Of a stretch of 64,000 nt of DNA, positions 10,939-23,473 are shown one piece after another. The notes below the pieces were generated by a model that made no database searches, had not been told where the DNA came from, and was given only the letters and a program-made list of their open reading frames with translations. The position numbers and the translations under genes are program-made. The DNA is taken from NCBI GenBank assembly GCA_965153285.1, contig OZ229111.1. One strand, written 5' to 3'. The stretch is from Podarcis tiliguerta (lineage: Eukaryota). Numbering within the stretch: the first letter of the stretch is position 1; every line of letters starts with the position of its first letter.

Positions 10939-13845
10939 TACACCGCTTAAAGATTATTGTAATAAAGTGCTATACAGATTATGGACATAAATTTTGTCAG
11001 CTGTGCTTGTTTTTCATAGAGTGCATTTTGTCACACCCAGCAATCCTGGAGTGCTACAACAAAACAAAATGAAAACAAAAAAGTGAGAATCATTGTCTTA
11101 GTGGAAAGGCTTTGTCCCGTTATTTTGTACCCTGTGGAAACCCGTCTACGTCCTCTCTCCCTCTCCTCTGTCACTGCAACCCTTGCCAAAAAGTTTCACA
11201 TTTCATGAACTTTCACATGCTATAGTTAGGATAAATTATGTTATATACATTTTTGCAGCTGTACTTAATTTGTACGATTTATTCTGATCACAGAACGTGG
11301 TGGTTAATATGTGATATTTAAGCACTAGATTGACTCTCTTATTGAAATTAATAGGGCGTAAATGCATGTGAAATCCTCCCCTGCACACTTTCTTGGGAGA
11401 AAGCCCACTGAGCACAGTAGGGTTTACTTGAGAGTAAATATATATATAAACATCAGATATTTTAATTGCCATAGCCCTAGTTTTTGATCCACATCAACAC
11501 TGAATAGATTTGTGCCAAAGAATAGACAAATAATTAAATAAGCACCCCCTCATTATGCTTTCTATTTTTAGTATAGAATTTCAGATTCCCAAATAATTTC
11601 AGGTCTGGGAAATGTGCTCAAAGAAATCATTATTGAAATCATACGGACTGGATGCAGACTCAGTCACTCATGCCCAGAGTATCAGTGATAAGTTTAGGAA
11701 GGGCTTTCTCCCCAGATTGAGCTAGCTTTTCTTCCAATAGGTCATGGCCTGGTTCATTTCCTCCATGGCATGAGGGCTAAGGCAAAGGAGATGTATTAGC
11801 TCTTTAATATTGCTCAGAATCTGAATTGTGATGGAGTAGTTAAAAGGCTTATGATAGTATCTCCAGTAAAAGTTACGGAGGTGCTAATTCTCAACAGGTT
11901 GTAATAATCAGCTAGTATTTGGTGAATGTGCTGTGCTATAAATATTTTATTAAAACTAAATTAAACCCATATTTGGAGTAAAAATGTGTTACTGAAATTT
12001 ACAAGGGTTCTTGGCGGAAAATATGTTTCTTTTAGGAACTGTGGAAAAACTTACAGAGTATTGATTTCAACATGAACCTAGTTATTATTATTATTATTGT
12101 TGTTGTTTAATTTATTTATTCACTTTATATACCACCCTTTATCTCAGGGTGGTGTATAGCCTTAGAAACACATTACAAAACATCAATGATAAAAGTATAA
12201 TAAAAACATAATGAAAAGCATACTGTCAGACAGCCTAATAGTAAAATAATCATAATAATAACAAATATTTGTTAGTTGTGAGATAATAGAAAATGTGTAT
12301 TGCATGAAAGCCGAAGTGTTGTGTCCCCCCCCCCCAGCTTTCAAATATGAATAAGATACCTGAAAAATCTTGATGTTTGAAACCAGGGCTGTGTAGGAGA
12401 GAAAAAGTTGTTCACAATGCTCAGGAAAAGCACTCAAACTCTTAAGGCAGGGTTCACCTAATAAGAACATCAGCGGAAGCCTTCTGCTTTAGCAATGGGG
12501 TTTTCTCATAGTCCTTAGCCACCCTGAACAGGCTGGAACAGGGCTCACAGAGAGGCTACCCCCAATAATCTCCAAACCACACCCCCATCTGATGCCAAAA
12601 TACCACTGAGGACATGCAGCCCTCTCAGTACATCTGCCTGCATTGCCAAACCAACAAATCTTTTGGCAACATCTTGTAGTCCTAGGAGGCCAGCTTCATG
12701 TATGGAGATGTAAAAAGATAATATAACCACGTCTGCAGTGTATACATGCATGTTCAGGAATGTTACATTTTAATTTGTATAGATTTTTAGCCCCTTGTTC
12801 AATTGCTTCAAAGATTATTTTTTATAATTTTGTACATCTCTCTCTTTTTAAAGATACCCCTGACTAAGGAATTCCTCAAAACTACATTGGCCTTTTAAAT
12901 AAATTGTTTTTCGCACTTCTGAGAACTCTTTTTCTCTTGGTTTTGTGAAAGCATAGGAAGCTCCAACAAATGCAAGCAAATGTCATTGTCAGAGAGGGAG
13001 ATGCTATCATCAGTGCTGTGGATCAACCAGGTGCCATCTAGCAAGCCTTCCAGGATAGGATACCAGATACGAATCATCTACCTGCCCAAGTGTGGGAACT
13101 TTGGGAGTGACCATGGCCCAATGTGAGAGACGTTCCAATGCACACACAGCCAGGGTCTTTTCACTACAAAGTGCAGGTTACACAAGATATTACGTTGAAG
13201 TTCAAATTTAAATGGGTAAATATTTATACGGAAACCAACTGGAACCATTTAAGTTAATTGCATGCCTAAGTCCTTGGCCCAGCAAAGTTTTTAAGTGATT
13301 GATAGAAGAGCCTTTCAGAGGCCAGCGAAAAGAAATGTGATCAATCATTTTGCCCTCATTTAGGTACCCCTGCAAGTTCATTCACACATTCCACTGCGGG
13401 AAGGACTGAAGGCATGGAATCTGGGGAAGTTGACAGAACGAACAAAGGCACGATGATGCACACCCAAATCTCAGTCTTTTCCTCTGGTAGAGAGTCTGTC
13501 AGCAGCTAAGAAACAGAGGGTGAGGTACATTTCTAAGCACAGGTGGCTATGATGAAAAGAAACACATCAGCCATGACACTACTCTAAAGGGAAACTCAAT
13601 TTCCTATTAACCACTGTAGTGTGTATCTATCAATCAGTCAGTCAATCAACTTCTTACACGCAGCACGTTCATAGTGCCACTCATGGAAATGCCAACATTT
13701 GGATTCTAGAAATTAGGTTTATATGTCATTATTGGCAATAATAATAACAACAACAATTTATTATTTATATGCTGCCCATCTGACTGGGTTCCCCCAACCA
13801 CTCTGAGTGGCTTCCAACAAATTAAAACACAGTAGATGTTTTATT

Positions 13846-14475
13846 TCACTGCAGATGGCGACAGCAGCCACAAAATTAAGAGACGCCTGCTTCTTGGGAA
13901 AAAAGCAATGACAAACCTAGACAGCATCTTAAAAAGCAGAGACATCACCTTGCCAACAAAGGTCTGTATAGTTAAAGCTATGGTTTTTCCAGTAGTGAAG
14001 TATGGAAGTGAGAGCTGGACCATAAAGAAGGCTGATCGCCGAAGAATTGATGCTTTTGAATTATGGTCTGGAGGAGACTCTTGAGAGTCCCATGGAGGTT
14101 GGACTCAATGGCCCTTGTGGTCTCTTCCAACTCTATGATTCTACGATTCTATGACTGCAAGAAGATCAAACCTCTCCATTCTTAAGGAAATCAGCCCTGA
14201 GTGCTCACTGGAAGGACAGATCCTGAAGCTGAGGCTCCAGTACTTTGGCCACCTCATGAGAAGGGAAGACTCCCTGGAAAAGACCCTGATGTTGGGAAAG
14301 ATGGAGGGCACAAGGAGAAGGGGACGACAGAGGATGAGATGGTTGGATAGTGTCTTCGAAGCTACCAGCATGAGTTTGACCAAACTGCGGGAGGCAGTGG
14401 AAGACAGGAGTGCCTGGCGTGCTCTGGTCCATGGGGTCACGAAGAGTCAGACACGACTAAATGATTAAACAACAC
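13846..14475 (+). mobile_element. 5'-truncated Bov-B (RTE) LINE
   Basis: Encodes IKRRLLLG..SRDITLPTKV..ESWTIKKADRRRIDAFELW..LEKTLMLGK..WRALVHGVTKS. 12-bp TSD AGATGTTTTATT (13834-13845, 14476-14487). Confidence 0.92.
14097..14154 (+). mobile_element. CR1-tail-bearing short retroposon nested in Bov-B
   Basis: GGTTGGACTC..CTTCCAACTCTATGATTCTACGATTCTATGA interrupts the Bov-B sequence CCATGGA|CTGCAAGAAG. Same family on the minus strand at 57053-57120. Confidence 0.8.
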
Positions 14476-16685
14476 AGATGTTTTATTAGATGCAAGAAAC
14501 AGGCATATCTCAACCCCAGCACTGCTAAGAAATATTTTTCTTTTGTAATAACCAAAAAATGTACTCCAGGTGTAGAGCACCTTAAATTGCTAGTGTTATT
14601 GTGCACTTCACTAATTAAGGGACTTACCTTGCGTTTCACAGGAAAATTGTGGTGGGTTCTCCCAACATTTTAAAAATAATATTTCTGTGCATGGTGGTGG
14701 TGGTGGTGCTACAAGCTAGATCAGAGCAGCCGCACTGGGGGAAGCAGGTCTCTTCCCTCTATGATGTGCTGCTGATTAAAACCTAGGTAGGCTTATTATT
14801 TCCCTTTCCCACAAGCCTAATGGCAGCCTTGGGCAGAAGAAGGAATTCAATAAGAATGGCAGGATGGAGTTAAGCATCTCTTTCTGAAGCATTGGCGTTC
14901 AAATCAAATAGGCAACCCTTCTGCGGCTGAATTACACTAAAAATAGAAAGTTGTGTGATTCTGTCACAGATCTCCATGTAATATGTAGTTTGGCCCTTGG
15001 AAAATGTAGGAATATGAGAACAGTTAAAAGCATCAACCAAGGAAAGTAATTTCTTGGAAAAAATATGAAGCTCTTAGTTTATTTTTTACATATTTTCCTT
15101 CAGATATGATGAAGCTTTCCACTCATGTGCAGCCTGTATTTAGATTGGCAAACATAACTTGCACATATGTGCATATTTTACTGCTTGTTGTATCAGAAGA
15201 ACCTCAGAGTCTTGACAATAAATATTGGGCTTTTTTTTTTAAGACTGCATGTTCATACTGAAGAGTCAGTGCAAGCTTTGAAAGCTCAACTTAGACTGTC
15301 ACAAAATTTATTAACACTGCTATTGACCTACTTACACCAGGTGTACATGATAGGAACATTTCAATCTAATGTTGATTGTTCTAGGCTTTGAGCAGGTGTA
15401 ACTAAAGACCAAGCCAGATATTACATCTGGGTAATCAGTGATCAGTTATCAACTTTGGAAACAAACAAACAAACAAACAAACAAACAAACTAAACCTGAT
15501 TCCTATCTTTCCCCCTATTTGTTTAAATAATACCCAACCAATTCTGTGCTCTATTAAAGGACTCACTGTGTGTCCTCCACTATGTTGCTATATAGAATGC
15601 CAGTGTTCTCAAATAAAATAAATGGACTGTCAAAATATTGAATCTGGATTTAGGAATTTACCAGCATAGGAAGATTAAGTCGATTATAGCTTAAATTGGT
15701 ACCATTTTTGACTAATTGGTTGCAGATACAGTGGAATGCTTGAATGTGTTGATTTGGAAAAGCAGCATGGTTTTATTTGGCTATTGGTAGGGCTCAAGGA
15801 CATAGGACGATAATGAAACTAAAGGTGTAGAACTGCACACATCCACTGCAACATCTGGTGTTCTTATGCTTGTTCTTATCCTTTTTCCTGATCTAAAGTA
15901 GAACTAAAGGGAATGTTGGGGTTTAGTGCAGTTCCACATGTTAGCCAAATGAGGATAACCATTGTGATTTAACTAATTTTATTTTTGCTTTGACTGGCAC
16001 ATAACCCTCTTATTCATTTCTATATGACCTGTCCTCTTAGTTGGGGGTGGGGGTGTGTCACATTTCACGTGTCTTTAAAACATTTTAAAACAGCAAACTT
16101 AAAAAAAGCCATGAATTGGCTTCAGGAAGCAGCAATGGGAGTGCAATGCTGAATTCCTTTGCTGTGCTCCTCCATTGTCTCCCAAGACTGTTGGATGCCA
16201 ACCAACAGTTCCATTTTCACAATCAAAATTGCACGCCCCGAACTTGCTATTGCCACCAATGGAAGAAAATGATAGGTATCTATATTGCCCCTGTCTATTT
16301 CCTCCCACTCTATAGAGGCTATTATAATACGGGAAGAGGCGGGTCGCCCTGGGTGTCACCCCTGAGGGAGTGACAAAATGCCGGGTGGCACTCACCACAG
16401 GGCTTGTAGCATGCCTGAGCTATGCATCTCTCCTGGGAGTGACACTGTGGCTTGGGCACCCGTCGCCTCCCTGCTGCCCCAAATGGTCCGCCCGCTGCCT
16501 TCCTCCCAGCTGTAGGGCGGCTGAGTGGGAGGACGCAGGCAGACTCCTCGGAGGCCCCACGGATTGTCCTGCCCCAGCTCGCCCCATCCCGCAGGTGGCT
16601 GGCCCCACCCCCACGGGTGGCTGGCCCCGCCCCTGGATGCAGGGCACACGCACCGCCCCAGACGCTTTCTCTGCTGCTGAATGTA

Positions 16686-16926
16686 CAGTAGCACCTCTAG
16701 TTACGAGCTTAATTCATTCTGGAGGTCTGTTCTTAATGTGGAACTGTTCTTAACAAGAGCCGTGCTTTCGCTAATGGGGCCTCTTGCTGCCTTTGCGCCG
16801 CCGGCACATGATTTCCATTCTCATCCTGAGGCAAAGTTCTCAACTCGAGGTAACACTTCCAGGTTAGTGGAGTTTGTAACCTGAAGCGTTTGTAACCTGA
16901 GGCGTTTGTAACTCGAGGTACCACTG
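16686..16926. mobile_element. Tc1/mariner-type MITE
   Basis: TA|CAGTAGCACCTC ... GAGGTACCACTG|TA. Same family as 23027, 27241 and 52942, in reverse orientation. Confidence 0.85.
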
Positions 16927-16928
16927 TA

Positions 16929-17191
16929 CAGTGGTGCCTCGCAAGACAAAATTAATTCGTTCTGCGAGTTTTTTCGTCTTGTGATTTTTTTCGTCTTGCG
17001 AAGCACCACTGTGTATTGACGGTTTCCCATAGAAATGCATTGGCGGTTTTTTAAAAAAGGCGCAAGACGTTGCGTCTTGCGAAGCAAGCCCATAGGGAAA
17101 TCCGTCTTGCGAAGCAACTCAGAAAACGAAAAACTCTTTCGTCTTGCGAGTTTTTCGTCTTCCGAGGCATTCGTCTTGCGAGGTACCACTG
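16929..17191. mobile_element. Tc1/mariner-type MITE (second family, CGCAAGACG repeats)
   Basis: TA|CAGTGGTGCCTCGCAAGAC ... GTCTTGCGAGGTACCACTG|TA. Related to 36637-36983. Confidence 0.85.
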
Positions 17192-17569
17192 TACATGGTC
17201 AGCCCCCTACCCCCATACACATCTTCACACTTTTTTCTCATGACAACCCTGTGACATATGCTAGGCTGAGAGGAAGTGACTCACCTAAGCTCACACATAG
17301 GTGGGAAGATATTTGAACCCTGGGCCTTGTTAATCCTGGTCTAACTTTCTAACTGCTACCCTGGCTCCAAAATTACACGCTGACCTCATACGTCTTACAT
17401 TTTTGGTAAGCATTGCCTTTAATTGAAATTCTAACATTTACTATGATGCATAACCTTGATTTAGGTGTTCAGCTACACTCATGAGGCAGAAGCACAGGAT
17501 TGTGCTTGCTGACCTTGCCCTCCCCATTGCACCAACACTTTTTGCACATTTGGGAGAATGCAGACCCTC

Positions 17570-17850
17570 CAAGTCTCCCTATTTTCCAGGGACGTCCCTG
17601 TTTTAGAGAAGCCATCCTGGTTTCTGATTTGATCCTGGAATGTCTCACTTCTCCTTAAGATGTCCCTATTTTCATTGGAGAAATGTTGGAGGGTATGAGT
17701 TATCCAACCCCTGAGCCATCTGAAGGCAAGTGTATAGGGACGTGTTTTTTTTTAATGTTTAATGTTTTATTATGTTTTTATATATGTTAGAAGCTGTCCA
17801 GAGTGGCTGGGGCAACCCAGTAAGATGTGTGGAGTATAAATAGTAAAATT
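17570..17850. mobile_element. Degenerate MITE (ACCCTCCAA..TTGGAGGGT) plus L2-type 3' tail
   Basis: Inverted ends at ~17573 and ~17695. Tail CCAGAGTGGCTGGGGCAACCCAG resembles 53780-53820. Confidence 0.5.
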
Positions 17851-20474
17851 ATCATTATGGAATGGTCCAAAAGCTGAGCCCCATAGCACTCCTAGAGACA
17901 GCTTAATGCAGGACTCACAGTCAGTAGGATGTCATGCTGCATACATCCAAAGGCAGAAGCAACACTGGGGAGGGACATACAACGGGTGCCACAATGGGTG
18001 GGGCAAACATGCAAAGCCCTGCTTTGCTGGTTCACATGATGTTAATTCCATAAAACTGATTAGCTCAAATCAGGCTATGGTTAGTGGGATGACCTTCCAA
18101 TCCTTTAGTACCGAGTAGGAGGTGGTAGTTTCATTTATCAGCAGCACCCTACTTTTTCCTCTTAAATTCTGAAAGATGCATATCCTGTTATGCAAACAGC
18201 TTCGTCCAAGTGTCACTTGCTGTCTATATGAGATCACAGAAGGATGTCCAAGGAAATAGTAAAGCACACAAACTGGCGTGAAGTATCGAGATTTCATTAG
18301 GATGAAGGAAGTGGGAGAGAAAACAACTGCCAATAACGTGTACCAAATCGCCTACCGTATTTGAGCAAGCTACTGAGAAACCAATGGAGGAGCTATTTAA
18401 CTAACTCTGCATCACGAATTATAAACACAGAGTACCAGGAACGCTAAACCACATTCCACACCACAACTGCAAAGGTTTGAAGTACCCCAAGTTCTTGAGA
18501 GGACAAAACACACATAAAAATAAAAATGCAATGTTTTGTTTAGAATATATGGCAACTTCATAACAAAAGTGCTGTCTGGGTCCGCAGGCTATGAGCTGTA
18601 AATCTAAATTGCCAGCTCCCCCCACTTAAAAAAAAATATTGTGTGAAAAAGTTGACAGAAACGTTTGTAATACATTAATATGTAAAGCAGTTATTGCTAT
18701 GACTAAATCCACTCATTCCATTGGTATTGCTTATGCAAGTAATTACATTCCGGTGTCATGAAGGGAATAAAAAATGGCCATTAATGATTAGGCTGAAAAG
18801 CATCTTAGGTTTAATACCAGCTGTGTCACATTCCCAGTATGTGACCTTAAGTCACCTGGTGTCCTTATGTCTCAATCAGTTTGCCCCCAAAGAAAGCAAA
18901 AACTGGGAACACACTGAAAACCAGATGTTCTATGTGAGTCTTGCTTCCTTGGGTAAATGATTCGTAAGCCATACAAATCATATGATTTGAAACCGTCTGT
19001 GAAAATGTATATTGTGAAGCATACACAAAATTCAATCCTTATTCTTCAGCGATTGGTTTATACTCTTTAAACACACAAATACATGCATGGGCTTGCTTGC
19101 ACGCACACACAAACACACACATACTGCACCAGCTGACAGGAATTATAAATGCATTACAGAAATGGAACAGCATTGTTTTCCATTTAAGGAACCAATTGGA
19201 TATAAATAACCTCTTGCTGAAATCCTTTGACTGAAAGGAGAATCCTTCAGAACTGGGAAAATTAATGTTGCTTTCAACAAAAGAGCAAATAAAAAGTCAC
19301 CATCAAAGGCAAATCTTAAGATTTAGTCATAAACTCTGTTGCATACAGTAATTAGTAACGAAGCTGATAGGCTAGGGTAGCATATGCAATAGATCGGAGC
19401 TTAAATCAAACACTACAAGTGAATAGCCCAAATGTCTGTTTTAAATCAGAACTATGCTGCTTGGATTCATCTCTGTTCTTAAAACTGGAAGGACTGTTTT
19501 CTTCTAATAGTCCTGGCTTCTGCACATGTGCAATTTAAACACATGTGCTAGATAAGCATAGTTTAGGTTGCTGCATGTGGGACAAAAATACTTTCCAAAT
19601 CATCATCATATCCATTAAGTTACTATGGTAATTGAGAAGGCATAATTTTAAAAAGATTGATGGCTTGTGGAGAAATGCTGTATATGTGTCTGTTTATGCT
19701 GGTGTTTTGAAGGGGGGGGGAAATAATCTGACTTCCGAGGCCTTGTGCTATTGCTTTGTTGCTGACTTGTTTCGTGGCAACTGCTTGGTGTCAAGTTCTC
19801 AATAGCTTTGAAAATTTATTTGTTGGGGCCTGAATCAGGTAAATCCATCCTCATTGCTCTGGGTGAAAGTAGACTGTGTCTGGAGGTTCCCATCAGTTGG
19901 GAGTTAACTGTCACTGAGGGAGACAGTTGAGATTTGAACAGCTTAGGAGTTGGAGAGGGAGGGAAGGGTTCTGGTGAAGGAAGGAGTCATGAGGAAAAGA
20001 CCAGAGAGAAAAGATGAGGATAGAAAAGGAAGCCTGAATATTGTGTTATTAGGAGCATCCCAAACTCTGAGATTTCAGGGCACGAGCCTGAAAACTAAGG
20101 GCAGCCAGTGATGCCACAGAAGTGGGCCCCAGTGATGTCATGGGAAGAACCTCTTTCACCTCAGCTACCATGCCCTTTTGTGAAATAACAGATGGTCCAC
20201 AGACAACTGGCATCAGCAAAGCCTCCCCAGGCCTGGCAATTGTAGGCACCTCAGCACTGATTTGTTTGTTGTTTATTTCTCAATGTACTGCTACAAAGCT
20301 GAGGTGTTTGTTCTTCCATTATCTGTCTTTGAAAAAAAAAGATAGAATGGACGCCACAGCTAAATGTATTTAGAAAGAAGTTGGTTTGTCTAAGTGCTGC
20401 AGTTCTCTTCACTACTTTCAGGGTTGGTCTTAAGAAAACCTCACTGACTTCAGACATGTCTTTGGGGGGGGGGG

Positions 20475-20945
20475 GTCAGTACGCCTTTGAGCCGATGCCA
20501 ATGACTGGGCTCAATAACTGGTACTGCCCCGACTGGGCTAGGTGACTGGAGCACTTCCAGAGACCTTCCACTCCTGGAAAGCAGGTCTAAGTGCACCAGA
20601 CCCGCAACTGTCCATTGTGAGCACCAAGCTCAGCAGAGTATGAACAACACGGAAGAAAGCTGTGAAGCATAACTTCTTTATTTTCTAATAGCTACTGCAA
20701 ACTAGAACTAAAGAGCTACTGGCTTGCATGAGTGTTACAGCTCTCACTCAGCCATCTAATCTCTACATAGATCACACTCAGACTCCCCACAGAGTCAGGC
20801 AGGAGCGGAAGAAGTGAAGAGCAGTTTCCGCACCCCCTCCTTTCTGAAAACATCATATCAGGAGATTCTCGCAATGGGAGGGGGTGAAAATATCCACAGG
20901 GGAGGAACCCAGAGACCCTAAGGGGGATAGCTAGCATCTGCCAGC
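20475..20945 (-). mobile_element. Probable LTR remnant
   Basis: TTTATT (minus-strand polyA signal) at ~20678 and LTR-like composition. No clear TSD. Confidence 0.35.
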
Positions 20946-22364
20946 ATCACCCAGGCAACTCCACCAGCTTCAGTTTCGTGACTTCATCCACTAATTTCAG
21001 CCTGCCAGCTTCCGTGGGTTTCATCTATTCATGAATATCCACCAGTTACCTTTTACACATCACATATGCACACATAGGCACACCTTTTGACTTGACCACA
21101 TTCAACGTCTCCACTTCACACAGGCATACACCAGTCAACATCCATGAAGCATGCCAACGGACACATCCTCTCACAATTCATTCACATTCATGCCCCAGCT
21201 TCATCCCACAAATATCCACCAGCTTCTGTTGACCAGTTTCTGAAGAGGAATTTCAACTGACTTACCAGTACATCTGCAAACATCAGCCTGCTTCAGCCTT
21301 GAGGTATTCACCAATTTCTGAATGCGACCTCCGCCAGCTTCCATCCACCAGCATGAGCCAGCTTCTGCTACATCTGTTAGCAGACATCAGCCAGCTCCCA
21401 TCCAGCTCACCTGCCTTCAAGCCACAATCCTACTCAGCAAGTGAACTTACTTTATTAGTTCTCCATAGCACCTGCAGCTGGATATTCGCCTCCTGCAGGT
21501 GGAAGAAGCCTGGGAAATGCTGGATGTCATAGCTGCTGCCTGCTGTATCCACTCAGCTGCCATCTGCTTTTGTGACATCACAGGTAGTCTGTAGCCAATG
21601 GTAACAGCTTGGAAAGCCTCACAGTTGTGGGTGCACTTCAACAGTGATTTATCTGTATGCTTGCTTATTATTAGAAATATTTATTATAGCAACCTTCCAG
21701 GGGCCACGTCAATGTTGGGTCAGAGGCAAAGGGAAGTAGAGCAACAAATGCAACTCTTATCTTTGTACAGTAGGCTCCTTTCCAGCTGTGCAAAATTCAG
21801 AGGTTTCTATGCCCACCCCCACATCTCTCAATCCATTTAAGCAAGAAGCATCACCACAGTTCAAGGAAACATTCCAACAAGGAGAAAACCTTGAGGTGGG
21901 TGTAGAGCAATGCTGTTTAGGGGCATGGTACAAAGAATGTCCCAAAGACCAGTGGCCTGGAGGGCTGCATTTGGCCAACAGGCTAAGGTTCCCTAGAGTC
22001 GTCCAAGCAGCCAACAGTATGGCCAGAGGAGTTGGGGGAGGGGGCAGGGACAGATTGTCCCCAGTAGCTGGACTGGATTATGAAAGTATTTGGCAGAGGT
22101 GGAGGTTTAGGGAATTTGGCTTGAGGTAAATGTCACATAGAGGCTGATGCCAGCAGCAGTATCTCTAGAGTCTAGTGTTAGTGTCTATCTAACAACTAAG
22201 TCTACAATACCAGCAGCTGGGGTTTTTTAAAAAGCATTCTGATCAATGGCGGATTTATGGTCTGTGGTTCCCTGTGTGCAACCCTTTTGAGGAGCCCTAT
22301 TCCTTCACCAAAATAAACATGGCTACATCCAAATCAAGGGTTTATGAGGAGATGAGGATAATAA

Positions 22365-22724
22365 TGTCATACGTCACCTCTGAGCAGTGTGAGATTCCAG
22401 GGGTTCCAGGCACTTACTCAGGGTTCAGTTTCCTTAGAATAAGGGACAGCAGAGACTGTGGTGTCTTTAGGCTATATGGTTTATTTACACATTTGTACAA
22501 CCTGAGTCAAAGATGGAGCAGCTCACAGCATTCACACCCCAAAAGGTTGTGCTCTCCCATAGTCACAGCATTGGATCTTAGCAGAAATCAAGCATGGCTT
22601 TCTCCCAGCTTCTGCCTGCCTCCAGCTCTCACACACTTGCACTCACTATTGTCCTTCTAACAGTCAGGGGACCCACCCATTTCCCCTCTGGCACAGTGCA
22701 ACCTCCTTTGTTATACTAACAACA
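22365..22724 (-). mobile_element. Probable solo LTR
   Basis: TGTCATA...ACAACA ends and internal TTTATT. TSD not evident. Confidence 0.45.
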
Positions 22725-22762
22725 GTACATAGGGTCATTAACTCACCAATAAAATGCCTGGC

Positions 22763-23473
22763 AGCAAAAATTCTAATAGCTAGAAACTGGAAAGGAGATG
22801 TGATACTGATGAAATTGGAGTGGCAATCAAAACTATTAGAATTTGCAAAAATGGCTAAAATGACGGAAAAATTAAGAGACCGGACTGAACAAACATTTAT
22901 AAAGGAATGGGACCTGTATAGAAAGTATTTCAGGGAGCATTGTCAGATTTTGAACTTGTTGGCAGGCCTGGAGTAACTTCTGTAGAAAACTAGGAAATTA
23001 TAGTAACTTAAGAGAATAAAGATGTACAGTGGTTCTTCGGGTTACATACGCTTCAGGTTACATATGCTTCAGGTTACATACTCCGCTAACCCAGAAATAG
23101 TGCCTCGGGTTAAGAACTTTGCTGCAGGATGAGAACAGAAATCGTGCTCCAGCGGCGCAGCGGCAGCGGGAGGCCCCATTAGCTAACGTGGTGCTTCAGG
23201 TTAAGAACAGTTTCAGGTTAAGAACGGACCTCCAGAACGAATTAAGTACTTAACCCGAGGTACCACTGTATTAGTATTGATAAAGAGAAGTGTGACAGCT
23301 CAAAAAATAATAAGGTATCTTGATGGGGTGATGGGAAGTTATTATAGAAGATATTTATTAGCAAATTATTATATTTACCATAGATGTATTGTGTTAATGT
23401 GCTTTTATTTGTTTGTTGTATGTTTGGTTTTTTGTTGGAAGTAATAAAGCAAAATTAATTAAAAAGAAAAAAG
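22763..23473 (+). mobile_element. 5'-truncated L1-clade LINE 3' end, interrupted by a MITE
   Basis: LIARNWK..KLLEFAKMAKMT..FIKEW ORF2 C-terminus, T-rich 3'UTR, AATAAA and A-tail. 12-bp TSD AAAATGCCTGGC (22751-22762, 23474-23485). Confidence 0.8.
23027..23268. mobile_element. Tc1/mariner-type MITE
   Basis: TA|CAGTGGTTCTTCGGGTTA ... TAACCCGAGGTACCACTG|TA. Confidence 0.88.

Noticed and set aside
20950-21440. Immunoglobulin switch-like region (AGCT-rich)
   Set aside because: Too short and sparse, and no Ig exons were recognised in the window.
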